A stretch of DNA of 62,762 nucleotides, counting the filler, from Choristocarpus tenellus KU-1152 (taxonomy: Eukaryota; Protista; Phaeophyceae): NCBI GenBank assembly GCA_964200185.2. It is 13 parts of 13 records of this genome, joined end to end, with 100 filler letters (N's around TTAATTAATTAA, not from the genome) between each part and the next. Parts side by side here need not be neighbours in the genome. Positions count along the whole stretch, not along the records: positions 12,348 to 15,186 come from CAXNAD020024298.1; positions 15,287 to 19,169 come from CAXNAD020017382.1; positions 19,270 to 25,815 come from CAXNAD020007889.1; 10 more parts are not named here. One strand, written 5' to 3'. Positions within the stretch are counted from its first letter, which is position 1. Every line of letters begins with the position of its first letter. Both the position numbers and the translations under genes were made by a program. The notes under the pieces are model-generated. The model saw only the letters and a list, made by a program, of their open reading frames with translations. It was not told where the DNA came from and did no database searches. This document shows positions 12,541 to 25,114 of the stretch, piece by piece.

Positions 12541-12820
12541 GTGAGGGTGAACAGTAGGGTTAGGGTTAGGGTTAGGTTTTGGTATAGTAGTATTCTAGGT
12601 GTAGGTATAATGGTGGTTGGGGTTGGGGTTAGGATTAGGGTTAGGGTCTAATGTAGTACCGCTCTAAGCGTGGGATGTGGCTTAGGCTTAGGGTCCGGTA
12701 AAGTACCTTAAACTGATAGTACCTTAAACTAAAGTACCTTAAACTAAAGTACCTTAAACTAAAGTACCTTAAACTGCAAGTGGTTTGGGGTTGGGGATGG
12801 GGATTGAGAGTGGGCTTAGC
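12541..12820 (+). repeat. Interstitial telomere-like tract (TTAGGG and degenerate G-rich hexamers)
   Basis: tagggttagggttagggttagg at 12555-12576; ggttggggttggggttaggattagggttaggg at about 12615-12647. Confidence 0.8.
12699..12774 (+). repeat. 15-bp tandem repeat (TAAAGTACCTTAAAC) x5
   Basis: Directly visible; the second unit is a variant (tgatagtaccttaaac). Confidence 0.95.
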
Positions 12821-13431
12821 ATTGAATTGAAATTTAATGACCGGATACAACCCTCACACTTCACTTTCTTTGTTTTCTTTTTTTTCTTTTTTTTTCAAGT
12901 TGGACGAATTTTATCCTTTTGCTTTCCCCCACCTGTTCAAATCTCAAAGACCTCATCTCACCTTTGTCCTCTTTTTGAAAGTTCATTCTTTCCTGGGCTA
13001 AGCTACCCCTGCATATTCCAAATCAGCACTACTGCCCCGACCTTTTTCATTGTACCAGCTGCGACCCTACCTCTGAGCCTAGAGCCCTGACCATTGCCCC
13101 AGAGCCAATCATAGCTATAACCCTTGATTCCGTTCCAATCCATACCCTCTGTCCCATTCTGTAGCCCTGATCAAACCCATCGTAGTCAGTTGGAGCTGTT
13201 GCCCTGTAGCCCTGACTCTAGGCTCTGGGTTGTGCCAGAGCCTTAATCGTAGCCCCTCATATCCACTGTAGTAGGCATTTTGGTAGTAACATGGTGTTCT
13301 TCGAGGTCAATTTTTTTATTTGAAAGCTTCACATATTTTTGGAACAGAAAAAAGAAATTAAAAATAGGTTTTTGTACTTGGTATCAATTATTTAAGTGAA
13401 GATATATAAATATACTCAGGATTATATTTTT

Positions 13432-13515
13432 TTATTGTTATTATTATTATTATTATTATTATTGTTATTATTGCTATTATTATTATAATTATTAATATTG
13501 TTATTATTATTATTG

Positions 13516-13559
<44 letters not shown>

Positions 13560-13567
13560 GTTATTAT
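13432..13567. repeat. (TTA/TTG)n trinucleotide microsatellite
   Basis: Directly visible; it produces the spurious poly-Ile and poly-Leu ORFs. Confidence 0.95.
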
Positions 13568-15286
13568 ATCAATCCTCAGGTATTCACATAGAAATAAATA
13601 CCTCAGGCGTGCTGTGGGAAAGAGGCTGGTCGAAACCCTCTTTTTTAATATCTGAACATATTTTGTGTCTTCTTTTTTCCTTGCCAATTTTTGGAAAAAA
13701 AAAATTAATGAGGGAACCGAACCCAGTAGTGAGAAATAAATACACAAGATTTAAAAAAAATACAGATCATTTTCTAAATATTTTTATATTTTTTGTTTTT
13801 GTGTGTGAAACTCCTATGGTGATGATGATGGTGGGGTGGTAATGGTGAAACCCTCAAGGTACCTGCTGGCTATTGAGGACAGTGAGGGGACTAACAGTCA
13901 TGGAGGAGGACAGCAAGAGCTTGTTCGTGCCCCCAACCAGGCAAGTTTAGGTTCAAGTTCATCTCACTTGACCTCAGTATTTCCCCCTGGAGGTGATGAG
14001 ATCCTAATTTTATCCTATTTTTTTGGTGTACTATATTAAACTATGACATTGATTATACTATTATTAAAAGAGTGTCTCGAGTTCAGGCGTTTGTTAAAAT
14101 ATATGTTTTGTTTTTTTTCTAGGTGGTTTACCCCTTTCAGTCGACGTGTTTTTGTAGAGAATAATGTCGTGTGTGTCTGTGTGTGTGTGTGCATTTCGAG
14201 TTTTTGTTTAAATCTTACATTTCAAAATTTTATTTTTATTTACTGTTAATTATTTTATTATCGTTACATGAAAAGTTTATTTTTTTTGTGTCACAATTTT
14301 TTCTATTGCACTCTTAAGGCAAGCCGATAGGTTCTTGTGCATTTTTATTTTACTATTTTTTCTCTTGGCAGTAGTTCGCGAGGCGATGAAGGTGTATTTC
14401 ACATTTTTATTGATTTTTTTTATTGATTGTTAAAATCGTTATCGCACAAGTCAAACAACACACTTGAATGCTTTTTTATTTTTTATGTCAATTTTTTTTT
14501 CTTTTAATCTTCACACCTTGGAAAAATAACGCACCTCTCCAAGCACCACCTCACCTCCTCTGCAATATTCGCGCGTTCCGCGCGCGAATATCGTGCATTG
14601 TAATTTTCTAATGGATGCCACTATTTTTTTTTGTGCAACTCGTATTTTTTTTTTTCACAAATGCTAGCTACAATATAGTACATAAACTGTACATATTATG
14701 TTCGTATGAAATCATTTTTATAAATAAATAAATGTTGTATATAAGGTGGAGGTGTTTTTTAGAAAAATAAAGGGTTTTCTATTTCCTTAAGTTTTTTTAT
14801 GGCATGTCTAGAAAGAAAAATCTGTTCATGATATATATATATATATATATAAAGAGAGAGAGATGGAGATGTTTGGAATCATTTTCACTGTTAGTGAGTT
14901 AAATCCCTAGTATTACACACCCCTTTCCAATGACCTCCGATTTTTTCCTCGTCAGAATATTCTAGAATTTTCGAGTTAGTCGGCGGTTCGCTGGTGTGTG
15001 TGTGTGTGTGTGTATTTTACGCTGATCTCTCTCTCCCTCTATGTATGTATATATGTTTTGTTATTCATTTTTCTAACATAAGATAGAAGCACTAACTCTG
15101 ACCCTTATCCTGGCCCCCAACCCTAGTGCCTGCAAGTATTTTTTTTTTTTTTACTAAAATAGAAGTGTTGTTTGTTTTTGTTTTTTNNNNNNNNNNNNNN
15201 NNNNNNNNNNNNNNNNNNNNNNNNNNNNNNTTAATTAATTAANNNNNNNNNNNNNNNNNNNNNNNNNNNNNNNNNNNNNNNNNNNN

Positions 15287-15324
15287 GTGTAGACCCCCCC
15301 CCCCTCTCCCAGATACTTTGGGTC
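15287..15324 (-). mobile_element. MITE family B terminus (contig start)
   Basis: gtgtagacccc...CAGATACTTTGGGTC. Confidence 0.85.
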
Positions 15325-17399
15325 TAGTCACATTCTAGATCATTCTTATTTGTAATTTTTTCCTTGATGCCCCAATGGAGTGCCTGCGTGGCTCACTGGT
15401 CAACGCAGGTTGCTACTCTGCATGAAATTGGTGGAATTTTACCGCATCAGCATCAGATTTCTTTTCTTCGAAATACGATCAATATTCAATGTCCCACATT
15501 GCAAGCACTATGGATCGTACACCTGTGTATTGTATCTGTTGCTTTACCATGAAATCGCCTGACCAAGAAGAATGTGTGGTGATGCTTCATTTCTGAGGGT
15601 GTTCCTGGTGACTCTGGGGTTGGAGAGGCTTTCCCGAGCATTAGCGTTTTGTGTTGCAACAGTTATCAATGCCAGACTTCCTGTAAAACAAACTCATCTT
15701 CTGATCTTCAATTCGATGTGTCAATCACAATGAGTGGTACAAAGCTACTTTCGTGTCTGTCTCTTCACAAAAAAAGCTCCTTACCAAGATTTACCAAGAT
15801 TGAGGCCGCTCCATCGAAGCGGGTTGAGTAGAAGATTTGTGGAAGGAGGGGGAGGGATGAATGATGGGATGGATGATCCCAACCCATGAACTGAGGGAGT
15901 CAACAAGTCGTAGAGCATCAGTTAGTTCTAGTTGTTGGTAGGCATGAAATGCCTTGCAGCGTGTATTCCCCCTTGTGACTGGGTCGGAATGGTCCCCAAA
16001 CTAAAGTGAATATTATAATACTAGGAGAATTTTGCCAGGGAGTTCAATATAAATGTTTTCTGTGAGGAATGAACACCATGCGAACACTCTAGAAATATGA
16101 TATATTTGCTGGGACTTTTTTCCAGCCCTAAACCTCATCCTGACCCCAATTCGAAAAACAAATCATAGTACCAAATATATCGTGATGGTAATTTGAACAT
16201 AAACCACCAATCTTCTTGGTACCCAGCAGCAGTTATATATTTGCTTATTGTGAATGCTATTGCACAACATGACTTTCTGTTTATTATGTTGAGGTAAAAA
16301 TCTTTTGTTGTGGTTAAGTCAACCACAGTGCAATGAGATATTTGGAACACAGATCCTGTTCCTTTTGTCTTTAATTTCCATCCTCCCAGCAATAGTAACA
16401 TCTTTCCGAAAAACATTAAAGTAATAATATTGTACCATGCTTAATAAGTTTATGTTGCCATAATAGATGAATACCCGAATACAAGAAACCTATACTGCCC
16501 TCTTACAACGCTGCTAACTTGTGTAGATAGTAGGAACCGAAGGTCACTCATATAGATCAGTGAGTGAATTAACACTAGCGTGCAAACTATGCGTGATGAT
16601 ACAATACATACTGTAGTGGTGATCATACTACATACTTCAGAGTACTACGGTACAGTACAGATGGTTGTAGTACCAAATTATTGTATTAACTGTATAGTAT
16701 TTATTACATCATTGGATCAGAGCATTGGACCCTTGTTTATGACGTGATGACATTCATTGGAGGTGGAGTGCGTCATACCAATTAAACATCGTGATGGTAT
16801 GCATCTTTGACTTTCACTACTACCAATCACTAGACATTGCAGTGACGTATTGCCTCTACTGCCTGTATACGTCCTCTTCAGGCTGTCTACACAGATTTCA
16901 GCTTTTTCTCCCGTCACTTGCAACACCACGTATCGACCAAAAGAATGCGAAGGCAGGTGGAAAGTAGAGCAATCGCTGATGTCGGAATGTCCGTTTTTGG
17001 GTGGGATACCTAGTGACGATTCATAAGATTGATAGTTGTGTTGTTATCTTGAATGAGTTGGCTAGGTTGGTTTGTGTATGTGACCTTTGTTTTGAAAGCG
17101 GCGTAAACGCAAGTTGACCGGAGCACTGATGCACTTTGGGTGTCACATAGTTTGGAGATATAGAGCACGAATGAATGAGTAAAACATTCCGAGCTCAATC
17201 ATGTACAATTTCTTGCATACGACCTGTGGTTCTTGCTCTCTATGATACGACTTTGTTCCTGACTATTTTCATTATGAACACAATGAAATATAATCCGGAT
17301 TCACGGGCTACTACAAACACCTCCTAGTATTGGCTTTTTCTTTGTCAACCACTAAAGCCTATTACTTTGCAGAACCTCATACAGGTTACAACCTTAGCC

Positions 17400-18620
17400 T
17401 GTGATTCCACATGCCGACACTCATGTTGTGCTCTTCACCCTCACACATTAGCCTATAGCAGGTTTGGTGGTAGGTGTAACGGTCCTACCAAGGGGTCAAT
17501 CTATCCCTGTGACTAGAGCACCACTACAGCAAGAAGAATAGTTTGAGCGTGTCTAGTGGATATCAGAATGCGAAGGACCAAGACATGAGGTTCATCGACC
17601 TGTTTCCCACACTGCAGGCAGAACAGAATCAGGACCCAATTGCATAATAATTCATAGGGGATACTATTTTGTCTTGACTACTTCATATGTGAATCTGGTT
17701 ATTGGCCCACTCCATTATTCAGTTCAAAAACGGTATGAACTGTTTAGAACAGCCTTGCTGACTGCCACGTAAATGACCCTCAACAAAACATCTCTCCTGA
17801 GCCGCCCCAACACAAACTGCTCCGGCTTCTACTCCTCTCCCATAATCTGTCTGCCTAAAGGTCTACATCTCCCTTCCTATGTTCCTATCTGTGTGCCCTC
17901 AAGATGAACCATGTTCCTTCTTCTGCTGTGGAAAAGTTGCATACCTGGCAAAAAAAATCTACTTACACTGAACCTGGACTGCCTAATGCATTGGCATTTC
18001 CTGCTTATGGAAAACGTGGCTAGACTGTAAAGATAAACTAGCTGCTTGTGCGAAGGTCCTTCACGTAAGTGGTGAGTGATTCAACTTTGACCACGTGTTC
18101 TACGCAGCTAGGCTGTGATCAAATCTATCTGGGAGCACAAAACTCATTGTCCCTACCAAATCTAAATGACAAGTTTGACACTGGTGACAAATCTTCTTGT
18201 CACATTGTAAGGTCAACTCATTCAGAATATTCTACGACAAGCACAACAGTTGGAGGGGGCTCCAAGGGAGTGGTGGAAGCAGTACTATCGAGTAACACCT
18301 CTGGACCTCTTTCCCTTCTTTCCAATGCTCACTGCGTCAACCACCACGGTGAACGCAACCACATTTCTGTTTCCTCTTGACCTGCATGCCTATCCTTCCT
18401 CATCTATGGGTATCATCCTGCTCAGCTCCTCTTTCGTTGCACCAACAGATGCAAACATATCCTTCATCAACTCCTCTTTTCCTCACCCCTCCTCTTGCCT
18501 TTCTGGTTCAAGTAGTCTTCATGTCCGCTGTTGGTTGGAGAGCATCTGCTTCAAGAGATCAAACTTTTCTGGTTCTGCCTGAGAGTTCGTCACTCCCAGA
18601 GCCCGGGCAATCTGGATCCA
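17400..18620 (-). pseudogene. Highly degraded retroelement fragments (probably Gypsy gag/pol)
   Basis: Minus-strand remnants resembling the integrase tail (..SPYEL..), the RNase H end (HKxGxxNA) and a gag-like helical stretch EKFDLLKQML..EELMKDMF; many stops. Confidence 0.35.
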
Positions 18621-18997
18621 AAACGGCAAAGGGATAAGAAGGAGAAGGATACAAGAAGAACAGGGGTTGTTCTGATGGGTTCCCTGAAATTCTGCCTCAT
18701 AGGAATCAGCCCTTCAAATCACGAAAAAAAGCAAGTACATCATTAATGGGAGTGGTGGACCACGCCTCAAGATGACATTATGTAGTACAAAATGATACTG
18801 CGTATACATTGATATTCGATAGTCAGAGTGACACAGAGAAGTCTTCTCCTTGTGCTGTACAAATATAGGGAGTCCGGCAGGGGAGAATATACCGAGAAAG
18901 AACAAGAAAACTCTAGCATGATTCGAAACGGGGCTCAGGAGCATCTTGAGGTGACAAACTGTGTCATAAGCATAGCATTATGCTCTGCATGCACTTT

Positions 18998-19169
18998 GAC
19001 CCAAAGTATCTGGGGGAGGGAGGGGGGTCTCCACCAGAGTGTCCATTTGGACCAAAACCAGGAAAAGTGCACTTTCATTATCCATTTAACGTATGGAGCC
19101 AAATCACCCAAAAATCGAGACATGAAAAAATTGGCCCCTAATGGACAGTCGCCCCCCCCCCCCCTCAGA
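18998..19169 (+). mobile_element. MITE family B, nearly full length (contig end)
   Basis: GACCCAAAGTATCTGGGGG...gtccatttgg...aatggacag...cccctcaga. Confidence 0.9.
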
Positions 19170-19269
19170 NNNNNNNNNNNNNNNNNNNNNNNNNNNNNNN
19201 NNNNNNNNNNNNNTTAATTAATTAANNNNNNNNNNNNNNNNNNNNNNNNNNNNNNNNNNNNNNNNNNNN

Positions 19270-20486
19270 GTGGTACAGTGATGAAGTCTGTGGGGAAGCC
19301 TGGTCACGGCGGGCAAAGGGCGAACCAGAGTGGCAGACCGAAGGGAGGGTTGGGGAGGAGGGCAGTGCGACTGCATGCCATTGTGCTGAGGAAACGCCTA
19401 AGCGAAAATCTGGGTGTGGAATATCTTAGTAGTCCACAGTTGCAGCAGGCGGTGGGTGTTTGGAAGGTATGCGACTGGAGTGGCTTAAGGAAACGAGAAA
19501 GAAGGTGTTAGGGTTGGGCTACAAGGACTCTGAAGCCCGAAAGAAGGTCGAAAGGGCTTGCAAGGTGGAGGAGAAAGCCATCGCAACAAAGGCAACTGTG
19601 GAGACGTTTCGAAGCCACAAAATCCTTTCTTAGAAGAGGTCACGAAGCAGGTGGGAGGTAGCTATCGACGAGGACACTAGGGCAGAAGAAGAGGTGAGAT
19701 TGAGGCTATTTGCACACCGATGGTTTGATGTCTCCCACTTCTTGCAAGATGCCGTACATTCTCTTTTATTGCTGGACTTAGGGTTGGACGTATAAAGTTG
19801 ATAAGGCTTTCTCCCTTCCTGCATTCATTCGAGAAATCAACACAATTTTCGATCAACTCAAGCCCGTCCTCCCTTGCCCTTACACCTTGATAAATTATCA
19901 CCCGCCCAGGAAACAGGGATGACGACCATTTCCGGCGCTCAATGAGGAAATATGGTAGTAAAGGCTCTAACACTGCGAATCCTGTACCTGTGTATGAACG
20001 ACAGGAAAGACCGTCAACTGGCGCTCAAGATGGCAGCTGAATATGCTGTGGTCAGGTCGAAAACTGTGAGTACATGGGAGAGAGACTTCCTAGCTAAGGG
20101 CCACATCAAGGTGTTGGAGCAAGGGGCGCTAGAAGAGATGTTTTGTTCTGGGCGTCGACGAGGACATCCTTGCCGAGGTCAAAGAGTGGGTGCGTGAACA
20201 CACAGGAAGAAAGGGTGGGTAGGCTTTTTCTCCACCTAAACCCTATACTTCAATCAAATACTAGCGCATCTGTTGCACTCTTGGTGACCTACAGTCCAGG
20301 GTTCGAACCCCAATATGAGCACACTTTCTTAAAATAAATAATAAAATGGTGGAAAAAAAACAAAGGCTGTACTCTGGAGGGCTTTGTGACAGGCATCATG
20401 AACATGACTTTATTTTTTTAACCGATGTCTACATCAAATGTTATGATGGGACAACCCCTGAGGGTGGCGCTACTGGTACCACTATA
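19270..20486 (+). mobile_element. Dispersed repeat carrying a probable DNA-transposase N-terminal fragment (IS630/Tc1/mariner-like), copy 1
   Basis: Homologous to the reverse complement of 40131-40900; translation across frameshifts TVSTWERDFLAKGHIKV..QG....VLGVDEDILAEVKEWVREH resembles HTH regions of DDE transposases; shared terminus TACCACTATA. Confidence 0.6.
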
Positions 20487-20602
20487 CTTCATGCATTGTC
20501 ACGGAAAGAGGCGTTATGACCCAAGCAGGGACAGTGAGGAAAAAGGTGGTTGCATTGAACTCCTCACATGATGGGTCTGTCTTGTGTCTTTTGTAATCTT
20601 AA

Positions 20603-22313
20603 ATCCCTCTGTCCCGTAAGTCTGGGCCGTTAAGTTGTTGCACTTTAGGACGACCTCCCGTTACAAAACAGACTTTTGTGTTGGATTCCTAGGAATATTT
20701 TACAAGGAAAACTAAATTTCAAAGAATTCCACAAAGAATTCCACAAAGAAATCTGTTCCGATATGATTCCAAAAGAATGGAACACAGAATGGGGCATACT
20801 CTTATCGTTTTTGAATGTTCCTGCTTCACCATGGAGCTACACAACAGTCTCACAAACCCCATGGCGAGCTCCCACAGTCCCTTGTCCCTGGCATGAAGTC
20901 CACTGTGTTGGGGAAAGAACTACGAGCTGACCTAGGAAGGTCGAACCCCGCTTCCTCTGCGTTACGCATTGGCTCTTCCTCCGGGTCGCAAGAGGTTCCC
21001 GAGGGGTGTGGAGTCTAAATTGGCGTAAGAGTTGGGAGTGGGAGAGAGACACCCTAGACGGGTGTGGGCATGTGTCAAAAACAGTTACACAGGGGGAATG
21101 TTATTTCCCTGAAATCAAAAGAACGATCAGGACAGCCGTTGGACTTTATTCCAACGAAACAAGGGAAGATATGGGAAATTACTGCCAGTAATTGCACACG
21201 GACTATTGACCAACTTTCCGCGAAGCTCAGACCCAAAGTATGTGTGTGTGCGGGGTGATCTGCACCAAGGTGTCCATTTGGGTCAAAACCAGAAAAAGTG
21301 CACTTGCATTATCCGTTTGACGTGTGCAGCCAAATCAGACAAAACCGCTACATGCAAAATCGACCCCAAATGGACAGCCACCACCCCCCCAGATACTTTG
21401 AACCTCATCGAAGCAGGCCTTGCAGTCGGCAGCTCAAAGTTTCATCGCTGGATCGAAGCCATGGGGGTAGCAGGGGTTCAGCAGTGTGTCACCCCTAGCC
21501 TTTCGTATTCTCGCAAGAAGAACAGGGTTTGCTTCATCCTCCACCAGATCTCCTACAACTGCAAACCTACAGGACTGGCCTCAACACCTTCAGATCGACG
21601 AGGGGAGTGGTTGTACCACATCCACGAACGAGAGATGGTGCACATGCTCCCGGGAGAGGAAAAGGTAGGCTCGATGAAGGTGCAGCACAAGAGTCACATT
21701 CCCAAAGTGATGTTCATCCCTGCCGTTTCGCACCCGAATCCTTCCCATTTTTTTGTCAGCAAGTTCGGGATCTGGCGGGTTTGTGTGATGAAGGAGGCGC
21801 AACAGGCTACGGTGCGGGACATGAATGGCGAGGAGTACGAGATCAACATCACTGCTGACGACGAGTGGCACCTGTAGTGGTACACGGAGCAGCTGTTGCC
21901 AGCGATCAAGGAAAAAATACTGCAGCTGGAATCGCGGGGGGGGGCTTCATACAGGAGGACAGTGCTACCCCGCATATGGGCAAGGGCACGGTGCAGAAGC
22001 TGAATGCAGCAGGGATGGAACATTAGGTTTGTGATGCAGTCAGCGTAGTTGCCGGATCCCAACATCAATGATTTGGGGTCTTTTGCATCTCTGAAAAGCA
22101 GGGTTTGGGTGGAGCGTTACGGGACTGTTGATGAACTTGTAGAGGTGGTTTCAAGCATGTTCCATACGTACAGTGCAGACACGCTCAAGAGGGTGTGGCA
22201 AGAGTCTGTTTAAGATGTACAATCAGGTGTTAAGGGTGCTGGGGGAAAACGATTTCGAGGTAGAGCACACCGGGACCATAAAAAGGCAGTGGGATGGCGG
22301 GCAGGTTGACTAG
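20603..22313 (+). pseudogene. Mariner transposase pseudogene, DD39D (plant/Stowaway-partner) type, with left TIR-like TCCCTCTGTCCC
   Basis: Motifs DE.WLY, VQHKSHIPKVMF..AV.HP....F..K.GIW, LLPAIKEK, IQEDSATPH, PDPNINDLG.FASLKS, TLKRVWQSL..G.NDF...H; Stowaway-like TIR at about 20603; right TIR not found. Confidence 0.9.
21230..21404 (+). mobile_element. MITE family B, full length, in the mariner ORF, 3-bp TSD TCA
   Basis: Removing it plus one TCA restores the frame TIDQLSAKL-IEAG. Confidence 0.92.
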
Positions 22314-24847
22314 ATCAGTTGAAGTAGACTGAGCGGCCTCCACGGTGGCTGTAGATTGGTGTGTTTACAGTGTAGAATAGAAGCGAGACATAGTTTTTTA
22401 ATCTAAAATATTCCAACGAATCCAACGCAAAGGTCCGTTTAGTAATTGGAGGTCATCCCGAAGAGCTACAACTGGTGCCACCTTTTATCATTTCTTCCAC
22501 TTTCTTCGACTACCATGTATTTCACTGTCTGAGTGATAGGCAGTTAGTTATTGAAAGTGCACAAGTGTGGTGATTACTGATACAATTGTTATACTTTAAC
22601 ACAACACGGCACAGTTAATCCAAGCAGGATGAATCGTCTTGGTAGGTACTTCAAGATGTGATGAAGTACTAACAAGTGCATCACTCATGTATCAGAGTGC
22701 TGATGAAGCGATTGATGGATCTAGCTTTACTTCTTGATTGTTGTGAAATGATCCAATGGTATTTTGGCATTTTTGACTCCTGATCAATGATCAGGAAGGC
22801 ACACTAACCTATTCACTTTGCAATATTATATACCAAGCGGCAATGAATTCCCAAAAAGTAGAACCTCCAATCTCATCAGACCCAACAGAGAAGCGAACTG
22901 TATATATTATTATGCTGAGACAGGATTGACAATGAATCCAACTCCCTAGCTGATGGTAAGGAAGTCATGCCCAACCTTTCTTTTCATTTTGTTCTCAAGG
23001 TTCATACTGCCTTACCTACCTGCACACCATTGTATGATGAACAGGCACCAGCAGTGCTCAGGTACTTTTCAACAATGTGTTAGAATAAAAACCTTGGAGG
23101 GATGCATCACATTGCAGCACATCAATGAAATAACAAAGCTGTGAGGAGGGGCAATTAGTATTTCTTCTGTCATGGATTACATCGAAGGGTGTGATGAGCG
23201 TTTTATAAATATTTTTTACAACTTCAGGTACACTGATTTGTTGTTGATGCACTGACCTCTCATACCTTCCAGATCAGGCAGCAAAGTGTAAGCCCACATA
23301 GGACTTAGTGGTACAATCTCAGACACACACACATACATGCACACTCCTCTGGAGCCATCCTCATCTCGGAAAATCATTGCCACGTTTTTCACTGCTCAAC
23401 AACATTCTGTTCCGAAATATTCAAAATAGTCAATTTTATTAGTACAAAAAAAGGTGACATTTCATGCTACCTTTTTATGACACAATTCCACATGAGAGGT
23501 GACTGCCCCGACCTGGACAGGGGACGACATGCAGATGTTAACATTTGGCCTACCAATGAGTACTGCCCTCCTTAACCTGGCACATTAACTATCATGATGG
23601 CAAGAGCAAAGCTGCAGAAAGGCCGAAGCAAAGCTCACTCTTTTCCAACATAAAAAAGCTTAAAACCATTTCCTCCCCACCCCCCCCCCCCCCCCCCCCC
23701 TCCCCCCCCCTCTACCCAAAACACCAACAACCTCAATCAAANNNNNNNNNNAAAGAAAGGCAGAAAAAACATACACAAACCGCACCAGAAAGCGCACTCT
23801 TTTCCCCAAAAAAAAAACTTTAAACCTTCTCCCCCCCCCCCCCCCCTCCCCCTCTTGAGTCCAATTCATACTTCAATACTCTTACGTACTGCAGTTCACA
23901 CTTCAAGACATGTCCTACAAAACAATCCCTCCCCTTCACCACCCTCAAAAACATCCCTTGTAAAACAGGAGGACAAAAACAAAAATAAAATCTTATTCCC
24001 ACCCTGTGCTAGCCATTGAGAAACAACGAAAGGCTGACCCGACGAATAGGTAGAGGTAGGTAGGTAGCTACACCCCCATTCTGTCATACCCCCCTTTTGA
24101 CCAGCAAGTTGCAAAGCAACATTACACCATAATGGTTCTCTTTTACATCGCTTCCCCCCCCCCCCTGTGTACCTGCTCCGACTATAGCAGGCCACCACCG
24201 TTCTAAACCAAATTTTCACTTTCCACACGTTTATTTTTTCGTTTCCTCTCTGCGAGCAGATCTCCCCCTGTCACATCGATCCGACCCGTGCAACATCATA
24301 ATAAACAAAAACAAGACAAAAACAAAAGCAAACACAATCAGCAGCTCAACCCAACACAAAAACAAGACCGCCCTCACGTGACAGGGGCGGCATAGCCACG
24401 GCCCCACCCTCCCTCACCTGGCATCTACAGGAGAGTCCATGGCCGTGCATATTGAAGCAAATCACCCAATGGCTTAGTGCATGTACAAACAGAGACCAAC
24501 TAAAGAGGTTCCTCCAGAACAAAACAACGATGATCAAAAGAACCTTCCTCCCTCCTCCCCGCCCCCACAAAACCTCAGGTTTCCTCTTTTCCTTGGAAAA
24601 AAAAAAGAAACACGTAGCATGTAAACCATCCCACACACACCAACTCTTATCATTCCACTTTTTTTGTATCTCTGCGAGAACCTCCCCCATCCCCCTCCCC
24701 CTCCCCAGGCTCCTCCTGGAAACCTCACGTAGCGGGCCTGGAGACCCCCCACCACAGAACAGCATCAGTACACCAAGACAAAATATGCTAAGAAAAGTCG
24801 GCACTATCCCAACATGCCCTTCCAGGGCCAGCGCCAATATACACTAC

Positions 24848-24868
24848 TTAGGGTTAGGGTTAGGGTTA
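24848..24868 (+). repeat. Short interstitial telomeric repeat (TTAGGG)3TTA
   Basis: Directly visible, in the probable intron next to the exon at 24959-25114. Confidence 0.85.
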
Positions 24869-24958
24869 CTTCATTCCCGTCTCCACTCCGCCCCCCCCCC
24901 TCCGCCGGCACCACCCCCACCCTCCCCACCCCGCCCCCCTCCCTTCGCCCCCCCTCAC

Positions 24959-25114
24959 TCCTTGTCTCGACGCCTCTCTAACGCCCTCGAGCGCATCACT
25001 TCACGCCGGGCCTCCATTTCCAACCCTCTAGAAACATCACGTGCCGTGGCATCCGCCTGCCCGCGAACAGTGTCTTCATGAATGCTCTCCAGCTCTAGGC
25101 GACGGGCGTCAGCC
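24959..25114 (-). CDS. Internal exon of an unknown coiled-coil protein
   Basis: Pyrimidine tract + CAG acceptor, 156-nt open frame ADARRLELESIHEDTVRGQADATARDVSRGLEMEARREVMRSRALERRRDK, GTGAGG donor; CpG-rich relative to the TE regions. Confidence 0.65.

Noticed and set aside
13388-13842. Poly-Ile / poly-Leu membrane-protein ORFs
   Set aside because: Translation of a (TTA)n microsatellite.
13859-13940. Possible exon YLLAIEDSEG...RAPNQ with a GC donor
   Set aside because: Weak acceptor, non-canonical donor, no recognisable homology.
15330-17010. Faint RT-like words (..YDS..WDI..QFH; KDAYHH) suggesting LINE or DIRS relics
   Set aside because: Too degraded to assign by eye; needs a frameshift-aware search.
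20930-20975. tRNA-like GGGGTTCGAC on the minus strand
   Set aside because: Lies within the mariner N-terminal coding region; no acceptor stem or D arm.
22980-23640. Short exon-like blocks on both strands
   Set aside because: Splice-like dinucleotides only; no coherent frame or family.
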